The position numbers and the translations under genes were made by a program. Shown piece by piece: positions 50,633 to 63,399 of a stretch of 64,000 nt of DNA (position 1 is its first letter; every line of letters begins with the position of its first letter). Under the pieces are notes generated by a model. The model searched no databases and was not told the origin of the DNA. It worked only from the letters and a program-made list of their open reading frames with translations. This DNA comes from Isurus oxyrinchus. Its lineage: Eukaryota. The stretch is from contig JANJGN010000004.1 in assembly GCA_026770705.1 (NCBI GenBank), positions 143,158,001 through 143,222,000 of the forward strand, given 5' to 3'.

Positions 50633-53600
50633 GACCATGTCTGCACTGACTGCTGTCTTGGGCTGCATTTGAGTGCTTCAGTTAGAGTTTGGTGATTCAG
50701 GGAGTTTTAAAGGTTAATTTACTTTGAGGGTTAATTTCTAAATACAGTCCAGTCTTTTTTTAGTTAAGCAATTAACTAAAGTTACCCTTTGGGTTGGGAG
50801 AAAGTGAGTTTTAGTCTAGCTTTAAAACAGGGATCATTCAGGCTCTGCTTGCAGCTAGTTAATTGGATAACTGGCTTAAACAGGTTTTCAGGAGCTAGAA
50901 TCAGGGAGCATAAAAGCAGGCCATCTACATTGCTGCCTTGTCTGCATTGAGTGCAGTCTTGGGCTGCATTTGAGTGCTTCAGTTGGAATTTGGTGAGTGA
51001 GGGAGTTTGGCGAAGAGGAAAGGAGATGACCTCATCTTGTACCATTCCTCAGAGAGAAGCGGCCTTGGTAAGTAGGACTTGGTGAGTATTTCTACTGTCC
51101 TTAATCTCTAAACTAGAGGAAGTAAAAGTAAAGGGAGTAATTTAAAGGTATGTTATGGCAGAGTATTTTGGTCACATGGAATGCTCCTCCTGTGCAATGT
51201 GGGAAGTCAGGGACATTTCCAGTGTCCATGGTGACCATGTGTGCAAGAAGTGACTCCAGCTGCATCTGCTTGAAATCTTCATTTTGGATCTGGAGTAGTG
51301 GCTGGAGTCACTGTGGAGCATAGCAGGGCTGAGATCTTCATGGATAGCATGTACAGTGAGGTGGTCACACTGCAGATAAAGAGTGCAGAGGCAGAAAGGG
51401 AATGGGTGACCACCAGACAGAGTAAAGCACTAGACAGGTAGTGTAGGAGTCCACTGGGTCCATCTCCCTCCCTGACAAATTTCCCGTTTTGGATACTGCT
51501 GGGGGTGATAGTTTCTTAGGGGGAATGCAGCAAGAGCCAAGTCTATGGCATCATACGAGGGTCAGCTGCACAGAACGGGGGAGAGAAAATAGCTGGAGAG
51601 CAATAGTGATAAGGGATTCCATCATAAGGGGAACAGATAGACATATCTGCGGCCGCAGGCCTGACACCAGGATGTTATGTTGCCTCCCTGCTGCCAGGGT
51701 CAAGGGTGTCACTGAGCGGCTGCAGTATATTCTGTAGGGGGAAGGTGAACAGCCAGAGGTCGTGGTTCATATCAGTACCAATGACATAACAAGCAGAATA
51801 TAGGGAGCTAGGAAATAAATTAAAAAGCAGGACCTCAAATATAGTAATCCTAGGATTACTCCCAGTGCTACATGCTTTCAAGATCAGGAATAAGAGAATA
51901 GATCGGATGAATGTGAGGCTGAAGAGATGGTATAGGAGGGAGAGATTTAGATTCTTGAGGCACTGGGACCAATTCTGGAGAAGATGGGACCAGTACAAGC
52001 TGGACAGGTTGCATCCCAGCAGGACTGGGACCAATATCCTCGCAGGGGTATTCACTTGGACTGTGGGGAGGGTTTAAACTAGAGTGACAGGGGGATGGGG
52101 AGTGGAGAGACACAAGAGAGGGAAAGAAAGATAGAAATGAAAGCCAGAAAAGTAAAAAGCAAAAGTGGAAGGTAGAGGAAACAGGGGCTAGCAACAAATA
52201 GGGCCATAGTATAAAAAAGATGTGTAAAAAGACAATTCTAAAGGCACTGTATCTGAATGCAGAGAGCACTGACAATAAGGTAGACGAATTAGCGGCGCAA
52301 ATCGTTGTAAGCAGGTATGACATGATTGCAATTACAGAGACACGGCTGCAGGGTGACCAAGGCTGTGAACTGAATATCCAAGGGTATTCGATATTTAGGA
52401 AGGACAGGCAAAAAGGAAAATGAGGTTGCATGGCATTGTTAGTTAAGGATGAAATCAGTGCAATTGTGAGAGAGGATATTGGCTCAGAAAAATCAAGATT
52501 TAGAATCAGTCTGGGTGGAGCTAAGAAGCAACAAGAGGCAGAAAACATTAGTGTGAGTTGTCTATAGGCCTCCAAACAGTAGTGGTGAACTAGGGGATGG
52601 CATTAAACAGGACATTAGAGATGCATGTAACAAGGGTGCTACAGTAATCATGGGTGGCTTTAATCTACATATAGATTGGGCAAACCAAATTAGCAACAAT
52701 ACCGTGGTGGAGTAATTCCTGGAGTGTGTACGAGATGGTTTTTAGACCAGTATGTCGAGGAACCCAGCGGGGAACAAGCTATCCTAGATTTGGTTTTGTG
52801 CAATGAGAAGGGGTTAGTTAATAATCTGCCTTCAGGGAACAGTGACCATAACATGATAGATTTCTTCCTTAGTTTAGAAAGTGAAGTAGTCCAAATCGAA
52901 ACTAGAGTCCTAAATCTAAACAAAAGAAACTACGAAGGTATGAGGAGTGAGTATAGCTAAGATAGAATGGGGAACTTCATTAAAAGGCATGACATTGTAT
53001 AGGCAATGGCTAATATTTAAGGAACAAATGTATGTATTGCAACAGTTATATATCCCTTCCTGGCGCAAAAACACAACACATAAAGTGGCCCAACCATGGC
53101 TAACAAAGAAGTGAAGCACAGCATTAGATCCAAAAAGGAGTCATATAAATTTGCTAGAAAAAGTAGCAAGCCTGAGGATTGACAGCAGATTAGAATTCAA
53201 CAAAGGAGGACCAAGCAGTTGCTTAAGAGGGGAAAAATTGAGTATGAAAGTAAACTTGCAAGGAACATAAGAGGACTGTACAAGCTTTTATAAGTATGTA
53301 AGAAGAAAAAGATTGGTGAAGACAAATGTAGGTCCCTTACAGTCCAAAACGAGAGAATTTATAATAGAGAACAAGGAAATGACAGAGCAATTAAACATCT
53401 ACTTTAGTTCTGTCTTCACGGAGGAAGACACAAATAACATCCCTGTAATACTAGGGAATTGAAAGTCTAGTGTGAAGGAAGGAAATTGGTATTCCAAAGA
53501 AAAAGAAAAAATTAATGGGATTGAAAGCCAATAAATCCCGAGGGCCTGATAATCCACACCCCAGGATACTAAAGGAGATGGCCATGGAAATAATAAATGC

Positions 53601-55115
53601 GTTGGTTGTCATCTTGCAAAATTCTGTAGATTCTGGAACAGTCCTGACAGATTTGGATGGTTGAAAATATAACCCCACTATTTAAAAAAGGAGGGAGGGA
53701 AAGAAACAGGGAATTATAGGCTGGTTAGCCTAACATCAGTGGAAGGAAAATGCTAGAGCCTAGGATTGGACTAAAAAGGATGTGATAACAGGACACTTAG
53801 AAAATATCAACAGGTTTAGACAAAGTCAACATTGACATATGAAAGGGAAATCATGGTTGACAAACCTAATAGAGTTTTTTGAGGACTTTTCTAGCAGAAT
53901 AGATAAGGGAGAACCAGTGGATGTGGTATATTTAGATTTTCAGAAAGCTTTTGATAAAATCCCACATAAGATGTTAGTGTACAAAATTAAAGCCCATGGA
54001 ATTGGGGGTAATACATTGGCATGGATTGAGAATTGGTTAGCAGACAGTAAACAGAGTAGGAATAAATGCGTCTTTTTCGGAATGACAGGCAGTGACTAGT
54101 GGGGTATCACAGGGATCAGCGCTTGGGGCCCCAGCTATTCACAATATATATCAATGATTTGGATGAGGGAACCAAATGTAATATTTCCAAATTTGCTGAC
54201 GACACAAAACCAGGTGGGAACGTGAGTGTTGAGGAGGATCTTAGAGGCTTCAAGGTGCTTTAGACAAGTTGAGTGAGTGGGCAAATACATGGCAGATGCA
54301 GTATAACGTGGATAAGTGTGAAGTTATCCACTTTGATAGGAAAAACAGAATGGCAGAGTATTAGTTAAATGATGATAGATTGGGAAATAGTGGTGTGCAA
54401 GGGAACTTAAGAGTCCTTGTACACCAATCACTGAAAACAAGCATGCAGGTGTGGCAAGCAATTAAGAAGGCAAATGGTACGTTGGTCTTCTTTGCAAGAG
54501 GACTTGAGTACAGGAGCAAAGAGTCGTACGGCAGCTGTACAGGGTCTTGGTGAGATCACACCTGGAGTACTGTGTGCAGTTTTGGTCTCCTTACCTAATA
54601 AAGGGTACACTTGCCATAGAGGGAGTGCAGTGAAGGTTCACCAGACTGATTCCTGGGATGGCAGGGTTGTCATATGAGGAGAGGTTGAATCAATTAGGCC
54701 TGTATTCACTGTAGTTTAGAAGAATGAGAGGGAATCTCATTGAAATATATAAAATCCTGACAGGGCTAGACAGACTGGATGCAGGGTTGATGTTTCCTCT
54801 GGCTGAGGGGTCTAGAACAAGGGCTCACAATATCAGGATACGGGGAGGCCATTTAGGACTGAGATAAGGAGAAGTTTCTTCACACAGATGGTGGTGAACC
54901 TGTTGAATTCTCTACCACAGAGGGTTGTGGAGGCCAAGTCACTGAATATATTTAAGAAGGAAATAGATAGATTTCCAGACTCTAAAAGCATCAAGATGTA
55001 TGGGGAGAGAGTGGGAATATGACGTTGAGATAGAGGATCAGCCATGATCATAGGCAGAGCAGGCTCGAAAGGCCGGATGACCTACTCCTGCTATTATGTT
55101 CTCTGCTTCTATGAT
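50633..55115 (+). mobile_element. Near-full-length CR1 LINE (decayed)
   Basis: Duplicated 5' UTR unit. ORF1 from 51155, MAEYFGHMECSSCAMWE...HVCKK* (Zn finger), with SGNH esterase IVIRDSIIRGTD. ORF2 EN LYLNAES...IAITET and RT DFQKAFD, FADD, then the 3' tail. Many stops. Confidence 0.92.
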
Positions 55116-55754
55116 CCACCTGAGTGTCTGTCTCTGAGCTGCTGGAGGGTGCCAGTAAGTGCAGTAATGAGTCTTCCTCAAATGGATCTTCAACTTCCTC
55201 GCCTGAGGTGGCCTGAGGGCTGGGGCTTATGTTGGCTCTGCTGGTGTGTCTGGATTTGCTGGTGTCTGTAAGAGAGAGCAGATAGATTTAGTTCATGAAT
55301 AGACTGTAAACAACATTGCATGTCACTCACTGAGAATGTCAGGATGTGAAGAACTCATGGAGGTCTCACCCATACTAGCTTGCTAGAAGTGGATGATCTC
55401 ACCATCCCCACAGGAACTGTCCCTGTCCTCCCCTGCCAACTCAATGTCATCCTCCTCGAATTTAGCTAGGTCCACTATCTTGGTCCTCCCTCCACCGTTC
55501 TGGGATCTTTTCCTCTTGTTGTGCGCAAGCTTGTCCTGGAAGAAGATAAGTTGATGGACCTTGATGAGAAGCAATTGAGGAGAGGTTGGGAAGCATGCAT
55601 ACCTAATGTGTGTGCTGAGCCCTCCCTGGTAAGGGGTGAGGATGGAGTTTGTGCAGCATAATAGTTGAGATGCTTGGGATGCTAAAATGCCTGTGAGACA
55701 ATCAGTGGTAATGTGTCCCCCATTAATATTGTTTGAGATCCCTGCGCAGTGTAA

Positions 55755-56655
55755 CCTCAGGGTAGTGTCCTCACCCTAACCATCTTCAGCAGCTTCATCA
55801 AAGACCTTCCTTCCATCATAAGGTTAGAAGTGGGGATGTTTGCTGATGATTGCACAATGTTCAGCACTATTCGTGACAGATACTGAAGCAGTCCTTTTCC
55901 AAATGCAGCAAGACCTGGACAATATCCAGGCTTGGCTGACAAGTGGCAAGTAACATTCGCGCCACACAAGTGCCAGGCAATAACCATCTCCAGCAAGAAA
56001 GAATCCAGCCATTGCTCATTGATGTTCAATGGCATTACCATCTCCGAATCCCCCACTATCAACATCCTGGGGGTTACCATTGACCAGAAACTGAACTGGA
56101 CTAGCCATATAAATTTCGTGGCTACAAGAGCAGGTCAGAGGCTAGGAATCGTGCAACGGGTAACTCACCCCTGGCTCCCCAAAGTCTGTCTGGATGCCTG
56201 GATCAGTGCAGCTCCCACAACACTGAAGAAATTGGACACCATCCAGGATAAAGCAGCCAGTTTGATTGGCACCACGTCCACAAACATTCTCTCCTTCCAC
56301 CACCGACGCACAGTAGCAGCAGTGTGCACCATCTACAAGATGCACTGCAGGAATTCACCAATATCCCTTAGACAGCTCCTTCCAAACCACTACCATTTGG
56401 AAGGACAAGGGCAGCAGATAGATGGGAGAACCACCACCTGGAAATTCCCCACCAAGTCACTCACCATCCTGACTTGGAAATATAGCTCCGTTCCTTCACT
56501 GTCTCTGGGTCAAGATCTTGGAACTCCCTCCCTAGCAGCATTGCAGCGGTTCAAGAAGTCAGTTCGCCACCACCTTTTCAAGTGCAACTAGAGATAGGCA
56601 ATAAATGCTGGCCCAGCCAGCAAAGCACACATCCCGTGAAAAAATTAAAAAAACC
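55755..56655 (+). mobile_element. LINE family A 3' part in intron 1 of the Harbinger Myb gene
   Basis: FADDC, WADKWQVTFAPHKCQ, ILGVTIDQKLNWTSHI, and the family-A tail with an A-rich end. Confidence 0.9.
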
Positions 56656-58539
56656 CTTTGAGTGCATGATGCCATAATGAGAGTGTGAGATTGGAGTGAG
56701 GAGAATGTTGACTTACCCCGTCAGAGCATATGAGATCATTCATCCTCTTCCAGTGCTGGATTGTGTTTAGAGGGCGGTTGTCTGATGCACTCACCACCCT
56801 CGCAATGGTCTCCCAGGCCAGTGAGGTGAGCCTGCTGGGCATCCTGGAGCCATCCCTGGGGTAACCTTTGTTGCCACACACCTTCTATGAGAGCCTCCTG
56901 GGAGTCATTGCAAGTCCTGGGAGCAACTTTCTTCTTTGCAGTAGGCATTTCCACATGACCTCTTCTGAAAGCTGGGATGGAGAGTGAGGGTGGCATTTAA
57001 ATATGGTGCCCGAACCTTCGAGCCCATTAGGTAACAGCGGGGCAGCCAAATCAGTTCCTAACCTGCCACATGACTTGGAGAGGAACTCACCTGTGCATAA
57101 TTAATGAGAAAATGAGTGCAAAGTTGGACGTGATTTGTCACCATGCCACCCAATGGGAAATGTGCCGTGGAACCCACCCACCACCGCACATAGTTTCAAA
57201 AATGAAAAATTCCACCCATAGTATCTCATGGCGGTTGAACTTCAGAAAAGATTTTCTGGTTCTGATAAAATATCATTAATGTAAAAAGTTAACCTTAGTC
57301 CTTCCTTCACAAATGTTGCCTGACCTCCTGAATATTTCCATATTTTCTCTTTTTACTTCGGATAGCCCATACATTACCAAATTCTTTCAAACCAGCGGTA
57401 TATACAAAATCAGTCACATGCTCTAAGCAAGTGACATTTAGAACTAAAAACTTTCAACATTTTCCTTCTGTAAAGGAGGGTTCAGCTAGATAGGATCCAG
57501 AATGATTCCAAGGCACCAGCGACCCCAAAAGTACTGGGTTGTATTGGAATGGCACTGAACAAACCACAGAGCCCAGTCACCACCTGCTGATGAGAAAGAC
57601 ACTTTGAAATGGCAAAATGGCCAATTACCCTTGCACCCCATGTAGCAACGTGTTCCATTGGCCTACCATCAAACAGGTGTCAGAGGCTGTCTTAGCATCA
57701 CTTGCCCACAGACTCTATTTTGTGCTTCATTGGGTTTCCTTTCACTTAATTTAAAGATGGTCCTTTGAGTTCAAGGGCGATATATTTCCCAGTCTTGTAC
57801 AACTGGATTATTCATTAACCTCCAATCTAAGGCACCAGAATAATTCTTATTTTGGAGACCCAACAACCTATGGCCACATTTGCCCAGAAGGTTTGAAACC
57901 TTTGAGAAACCTGAAGATATAGGCATGAATACTCTCCTCTGTAGATTTTTAGTATGATTATACCTGCTACAGTTTTATAGTAGAATTTATGTAGTACTTA
58001 AATTTCATGTCCTCCACTCTATTCACTTTACTTTACTTCCAGGTATTTCTTCCACAACCTTGCAATGACTAAATGCTCAGATGACTAAATGCTCAGATAA
58101 CTATACAGAAGTGTCTCTGGAGAATAGTTTTTTTTAATCCTCTGGGTGATTAAACATCTAAGCTATAAGTACAGGAAGATAGTCACCTTTTAAATTTTAA
58201 TGTTGGGTTAGTTTCATTCGGGATTTGTAAATACTGTTGGAAATACCCTGACTGTAAAGGTTAATCATTTTCTTCTCTGGTTAATGGATGGGTTGGCTTA
58301 GGTAATATCTATGTTGATGTTTCTTTTTAAATTAAATCCAAAATTAATATAATTTCTGCAGTTTTCACATAGAAATTCCTTCAAAACATTATAATGCCAC
58401 TAATATTTTTGATCATATATTGAATGCTTTCATTATGCTCTCCCTCTTTTGTAACTGTCTTGTGTTAAAACATTTGTCCTATATACAAGCTCTTGACAAT
58501 ATAGTCAGTAATGGTGGTATTGGTTCAGGAATTGGTGTT

Positions 58540-58770
58540 GACCAGGATTTTAGGAGAGCTCTGTGCTCTTCTTTGAATAATGCCATAGGATCTTTTATAC
58601 CCAGGCAGCCATAAACTCAGTTTTATCACATTGATGGTCAACACCTCAAACAAAGCAGCATTCTTACAGTACTGCACTGAGCTCTTGGCCTACATTTTGT
58701 ACTTGAGTCTATAATGATGCCTGAGCGCAAAACATTCTGACTGAGCTGAGAATACTACCAGTTGAAACAA
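58540..58770 (-). mobile_element. Deu-domain SINE 5' half
   Basis: gctcttctttgaataatgccataggatctttta...cagtactgcactga...tacttgagtct...ttctgactgagc. Confidence 0.65.
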
Positions 58771-59329
58771 GGAGCTGAATTTTACCTGTCTTACCTGTCT
58801 CTGGCACTTACCTGTCTCTGGCATCAATGCCATTCATCGTGGGCCTTCTTGCAGTGGCCAATGCTTTGTTTGAGTTGCTGACTGTCAATGTGATAAAACT
58901 GAGGTTATGTCTGCATGGATATGATTAAGAAATCATAAGGATCTCTAATGTCCTCCTCATTATCCTCATTTCCAAGGAGTAAAGTCTCAGATTGGGCAAT
59001 CTTTCCTCATAACTCAAGCCTCTAAATTTAGAAATTAACCTAATCCCCAGCTATCTTTCCAGATCTGTTATCTCAAGCACATTACCATTTAATACCACTA
59101 AACTGATTCAGCTATCTATCGCTAGATTTGCCTTGATAACATCAAGCACTATTCAGCTCATTTTCTGCAGCCAAAACAACCTTCAACTCCAGGGATATCC
59201 TGGAGAGCAAAGATAACCCTAGGGCTCTTTTTTGTCTATCATCAACAATCCCATTAGCCTCTTCTCACCTGCTCCTCCAACATTACCTCCAACAAGTGAG
59301 AGGAGCTCATGACTTTTTTCCACTAGAGT

Positions 59330-60820
59330 TCATATCTGAAGGAGTTCTGAAGGAGATAGCTGAAGAGATAGTGGAGGCATTAGTGGTGATCTTTCAGGAA
59401 TCACTGGAGTCAGGGAGGGTCCCAGAGGACTGGAAAATCACTAATGTAACCCCCCAGTTTAAGAAGGGAGTGAGGCAAAAGACAGGAAATTACAGGCTGA
59501 TTTGCCTGACCTCGGTCGTTGGTAAGATTTTAAAGTCCATTATTAAGGATGAGATTTCAGAATACTTGGAAGTGCATGGTAAAATCGGGCAAAGTCAGCA
59601 TGGTTTCATCAAGGGGAGGTCATGCCTGACAAATCTGTTAGAATTCTTTGAGGAGGTAACGAGTAGGTTAGACAAAGGAGAGCCAATGGATGTTATCTAC
59701 TTGGACTTCCAGAAGGCCTTTGACAAGGTGCCGCACAGGAGGCTCCTCAGTCAGATAAGAACCCATGGTGTTAGAGACAAACTACTAACATGGATAGAAG
59801 ATTGGCTGTCTGGCAGGAGGCAGAGAGTGGGGATAAGTGGGTCCTTCTCAGGATGGCGGCCGGTGACTAGTGGAGTTCTGCAGGGGTCAGTGTTGGGACC
59901 ACAACTTTTCACTTTATACATTAATGATCTAGATGAAGGAACTGAAGGCATCCTGGCTAAGTTTGCAGAAGATACAAAGATAGGTGGAGGTAGTATTGAG
60001 GAGGCGGGGAGGCTGCAGAAGGATTTGGACAGGTTAGGAGAATGGGCAAAGAAGCGAAGATGGAATACAACATGGGGAAGTGTGAGGTCATGCACTTTGG
60101 TAGGAAGAATAGAGGCAGCCAGGATTCTCTTAAGGTTAACTTGCAGGTTGAGTCAGTAGTTAGGAAGGCAAATGCAATGTTGGCATTTATTTTGAGAGGA
60201 CTAGAATATAAAAGCAGGGATGTGCTGCTGAGGCTTTATAAGGCTCTGGTCAGACCACATTTAGAATATTGTGAGGAATTTTGGGCCCTGTATCTCAGGA
60301 AGGATGTGCTAGCCCTGGAGAGGGTCCAGAGGAGGTTCATGAGAATGATCCCAGGAATGAAAGGCTTAACATATGAGGAACATTTGAGGTCTCTCAGTCT
60401 ATACTCGATGGAGTTTAGAAGGATGAGGGGGGATCTGATTGAAACTTACAGAATACTGAAAAGCCTGGATAGAGTGGACGTGGGAAGATGTTTCCATTAG
60501 TAGTAGAGACTAGGACCCAAGGGCACAGCCTCAGAGAAAAGGGAAGACCTTTTAGAACAGAGATGAGGAGAAACTTCTTTAGCCAGGGATTGGTGAATCT
60601 ATGGAATTCATTGCAACAGAAGGCTTTGGAGGCCAGGTCATTGAGTGTATTTAAGACCAAGATAGATAGCTCCTTGATTGGTAAGGGGATCAAAGGTTAC
60701 GGGGAGAAGTCGGGAGAATGGGGTTGAGGAACTTATCAGCCATGATTGAATAGCGGAGCAGACTCGATGGGCCGAATGGCCTAATTTCTGCTCCTATGTC
60801 TTATGGTCTTTTGGTCTTAT
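59330..60820 (+). mobile_element. CR1 RT-to-3' end, relatively young
   Basis: Long open RT stretch (287-aa ORF: VPEDWK, NYRLICLTSVVGK, QHGFIKGRSCLTNL, DFQKAFD, QGSVLGP), and tail (tcttatgg)n. Confidence 0.93.
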
Positions 60821-61169
60821 ATCATTTGTTCTGCCTGTCTCCTTCATACCATATCTGCTCCAGCCCTGGACCTGCACCCCTCCCTAGTTTCTCTCCCATC
60901 TTCTCTCATGCCTCCACCTTTTTCAAGAGACCCACTCCCTACTCATTTTTCCAAAATTACTGACAACACAACCTCCCTTTCTGCACCCATCTCCCCACCT
61001 CTTTGTGACATTGTAAATGTTTCCTTTTCCTTGGGTACCCTCTTCCTCCTTTCCCAAATCACATTCATAAAACCCTAGCCTTTACGTCTGTGTTCCTGTA
61101 AACAATTGCCTCAGCTTATTTTCTGCTCCAGTTTTTGAATGTGTTGCCACCTAAATCCACATTCATATT

Positions 61170-61312
61170 CTTACTGTGGATGTACCTACACCACATGGAC
61201 TGCAGTGGTTCAAGAAGGCAGCTCACCACCACCCTCTCAAGGGCAATTAGGGAAGGACAATGAATGATGGCCGAGCCAGCGATGCCCACATCCCATGAAT
61301 GCATTTTTAAAA
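61170..61312 (+). mobile_element. LINE family A extreme 3' end
   Basis: actgtggatgtacctacaccacatggactgcagtggttcaagaagg...gccagcgatgcccacatcccatgaatg. Confidence 0.85.
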
Positions 61313-61851
61313 ACTGCTATTTTAATATGCTCAATCGGATTTCCACCCCTGCCACAACATCAAAATAGTCCCAATCTAAGTTGCAAATAACATCCTTTGA
61401 CAGTGACAATGATGTATTATCCTTTTGCATTACCCTTCAATTCAGTGCAGCCTTTAACAAGGTTAATCACACCACCCTTTTCAATATCTTTCCATCAGTG
61501 GAACCTTCACTTGCTTCCACTTTTTAACATCCAATTGTAGCCAGAGTATCTACTGCAATGGCTTTTCTTCCCACACTTGCACTATTAGCCCTTGAGCACT
61601 CTCCCCCCCGATCATGGATCTGTGATTGGCCCCTTCCTCGTCCTTATCTACATACTGTCCCTTGGCAACATCATCATCAGAAATATGGTCAGCTTCCACC
61701 ACCTCTTTTGACCCTTCCACTATCCCTGGATTGTCAGACTGTTTATCCAATATTCATTCTAAATTGATTGAGTCTCAGTTTTCTCCAATTAGCTATCAGG
61801 AAGATTGAAACCACCAACAAACTCCATATTCCACCCTCCTCCTGGACATTG

Positions 61852-62664
61852 TGTTAGAAATGTGAGACTTTATGAGGTGGTTATCTTTTAACCTGTCTCT
61901 TTTACTTTAAGGTATAACAGGATGTTCTAGAATGAGAGATGGTGGAATCATATTGAACTCCCCGCAGAGACAAGCCCCATGTGATTTAGTTGCCATGTGA
62001 TCAGAGACCCAGGTTGAAATCCATAGAAACTCAAGTGCCAGTTTTCACACCTTGATGCAAAAGAAGGACAGCTGATCTTGCTTGACCCAGACTCTCAGAC
62101 TCAAGAGTGTGAGACCTGGAGAGGAAGGGCAAAACCTGCTGTGCCAAGCAGAGGGAAAGAATGTTTTTGTGTGAACCACCAAGCAGAATGCTGGTGAAAA
62201 TGGATTCCCTATTTGAAGAGATGGGACTTGCAGATGTTTAAAGACCAAGCTTAAGTTGTGGCTGGAGGCTACTTTCCCACTGGAGGACGGTTCAATGAAA
62301 CTGAGGAGATTGAGTAAAGGGACTTTCAGGAAGACAGTGGAAGACAAATCCCCAAGGGATCCTGCTGAAACACTGGGAGGGATTTGGACTTTACCTACAA
62401 GTCTACATATTCACTGAGAATGTGACATAACATATAAACGTGACATGGGGCTTTTGGCTTTGTTAGTTAGTTAATGGGGAAAGTAACATTTCTGTAGTTT
62501 AGTGTATTAATGGCCTACCAAGTAAAGTTTAGACAATGTTTTCTTTTAGTTTGTCTGATACAGTAGAAGTTTTAAAACATGAAATCTTGTGCAATCCTTT
62601 CCATCAGTCACTGAAAAATTCATATCTCTTCTTAAAGTTATCGGTCTCTATGGAACTCATAACA
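61852..62664. mobile_element. Solo LTR (813 bp)
   Basis: Perfect terminal inverted repeat tgtta...taaca and a 4-bp TSD with one mismatch (attg/atgg). The host L2 reads through on either side. Confidence 0.7.
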
Positions 62665-62914
62665 ATGGTCTCAATCTGATATACACAGCTCGTCAAGATT
62701 CTAAACAATTTGACCCCAAGCTGAAATTCCAACCCCAAATACACTCTATTGTAAAAACATCCACTTCCACCCCTGAATACAAATCACTGATTAGCCACAA
62801 GTGTGGTTATGGTAACACTGTTTTAGCCACATTTACAAATTTTAGTAGAAAACTCCTTGCATACAATAATTGATAGAGTAACTCATTTGCTTTATTCAAC
62901 AAGTAACATTTGGT

Positions 62915-63245
62915 TTATTTTATTCTTTGATGGGATGTTGGTCTTCTGGAAAGGCCAGCATTCATTGCTCATCTCTAATTGGTCTCAAGCAGAGTGGTTG
63001 CTAGGCAGTTAAGAGTCAACTACATTGCTGTGGGTCTGGAGATCTGGAGTCACCTATCAGGTAAGTGTGGGAGATAAAGGACATTAGTGAACCAGGTGGG
63101 TTATTATGGCAATCAATGATTATGATCGCCATTACTGAGTCTAGTTAGGATGCTATGGTAAGATTTGAACCCATATCTCCAGGGCATTAGCCTAGACCTC
63201 TGGACTACTAGTCCAGTGACGTTACTACGACACCACCACCATATC
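62915..63245 (-). mobile_element. tRNA-derived SINE with LINE-family-A tail, full length
   Basis: Minus strand begins ggtggtgtcgtagtaacgtcactggactagtagtccaga...gggttcaaatc (A/B boxes) and ends gcaatgaatgctggcc...catccc. Confidence 0.8.
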
Positions 63246-63399
63246 CCCCAAGTTAACAACAATCAAAAATGTACCCAAAATTTCTTTGTTTAATTTTATT
63301 TTTTTAACTTTTAAAGAACTGTAGGACATATACTTAAATTATTAACCCATTTATTTTTTGATTTTCTAGGTGAAAATTTGAACTCTAGTGGTTTATCAT

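Larger units (their letters stand above)
50350..57217 (-). mobile_element. PIF/Harbinger remnant 3: spliced Myb/SANT-like accessory gene, interrupted by a CR1 and LINE A
   Basis: Exon 1 56948-56717 (MPTAKKKVAPR...AWETIARVVSA...QHWKRMNDL, donor gtaagt). Exon 2 from 55535 (ttccag|DKLAHNKRKRSQNGGGRT). Exon 3 from 55265, continuing at 50632. TIR-like aaaattccaccc ends at 57217. Confidence 0.75.
59100..62790 (+). mobile_element. Decayed L2 LINE, split by a CR1, a LINE-A tail and a solo LTR
   Basis: agcaaagataaccctagg, DIVNVSFSLGT, ggatttccacccctgccacaaca (GFRPxHST-like), and ttcagtgcagcctttaacaaggttaatcac (SAAFDTVDH-like). Confidence 0.65.

Noticed and set aside
59296-60500. Active retrotransposon or domesticated RT
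   Set aside because: 5'-truncated, lacks the endonuclease, has FAED instead of FADD, and carries a frameshift and deletion.
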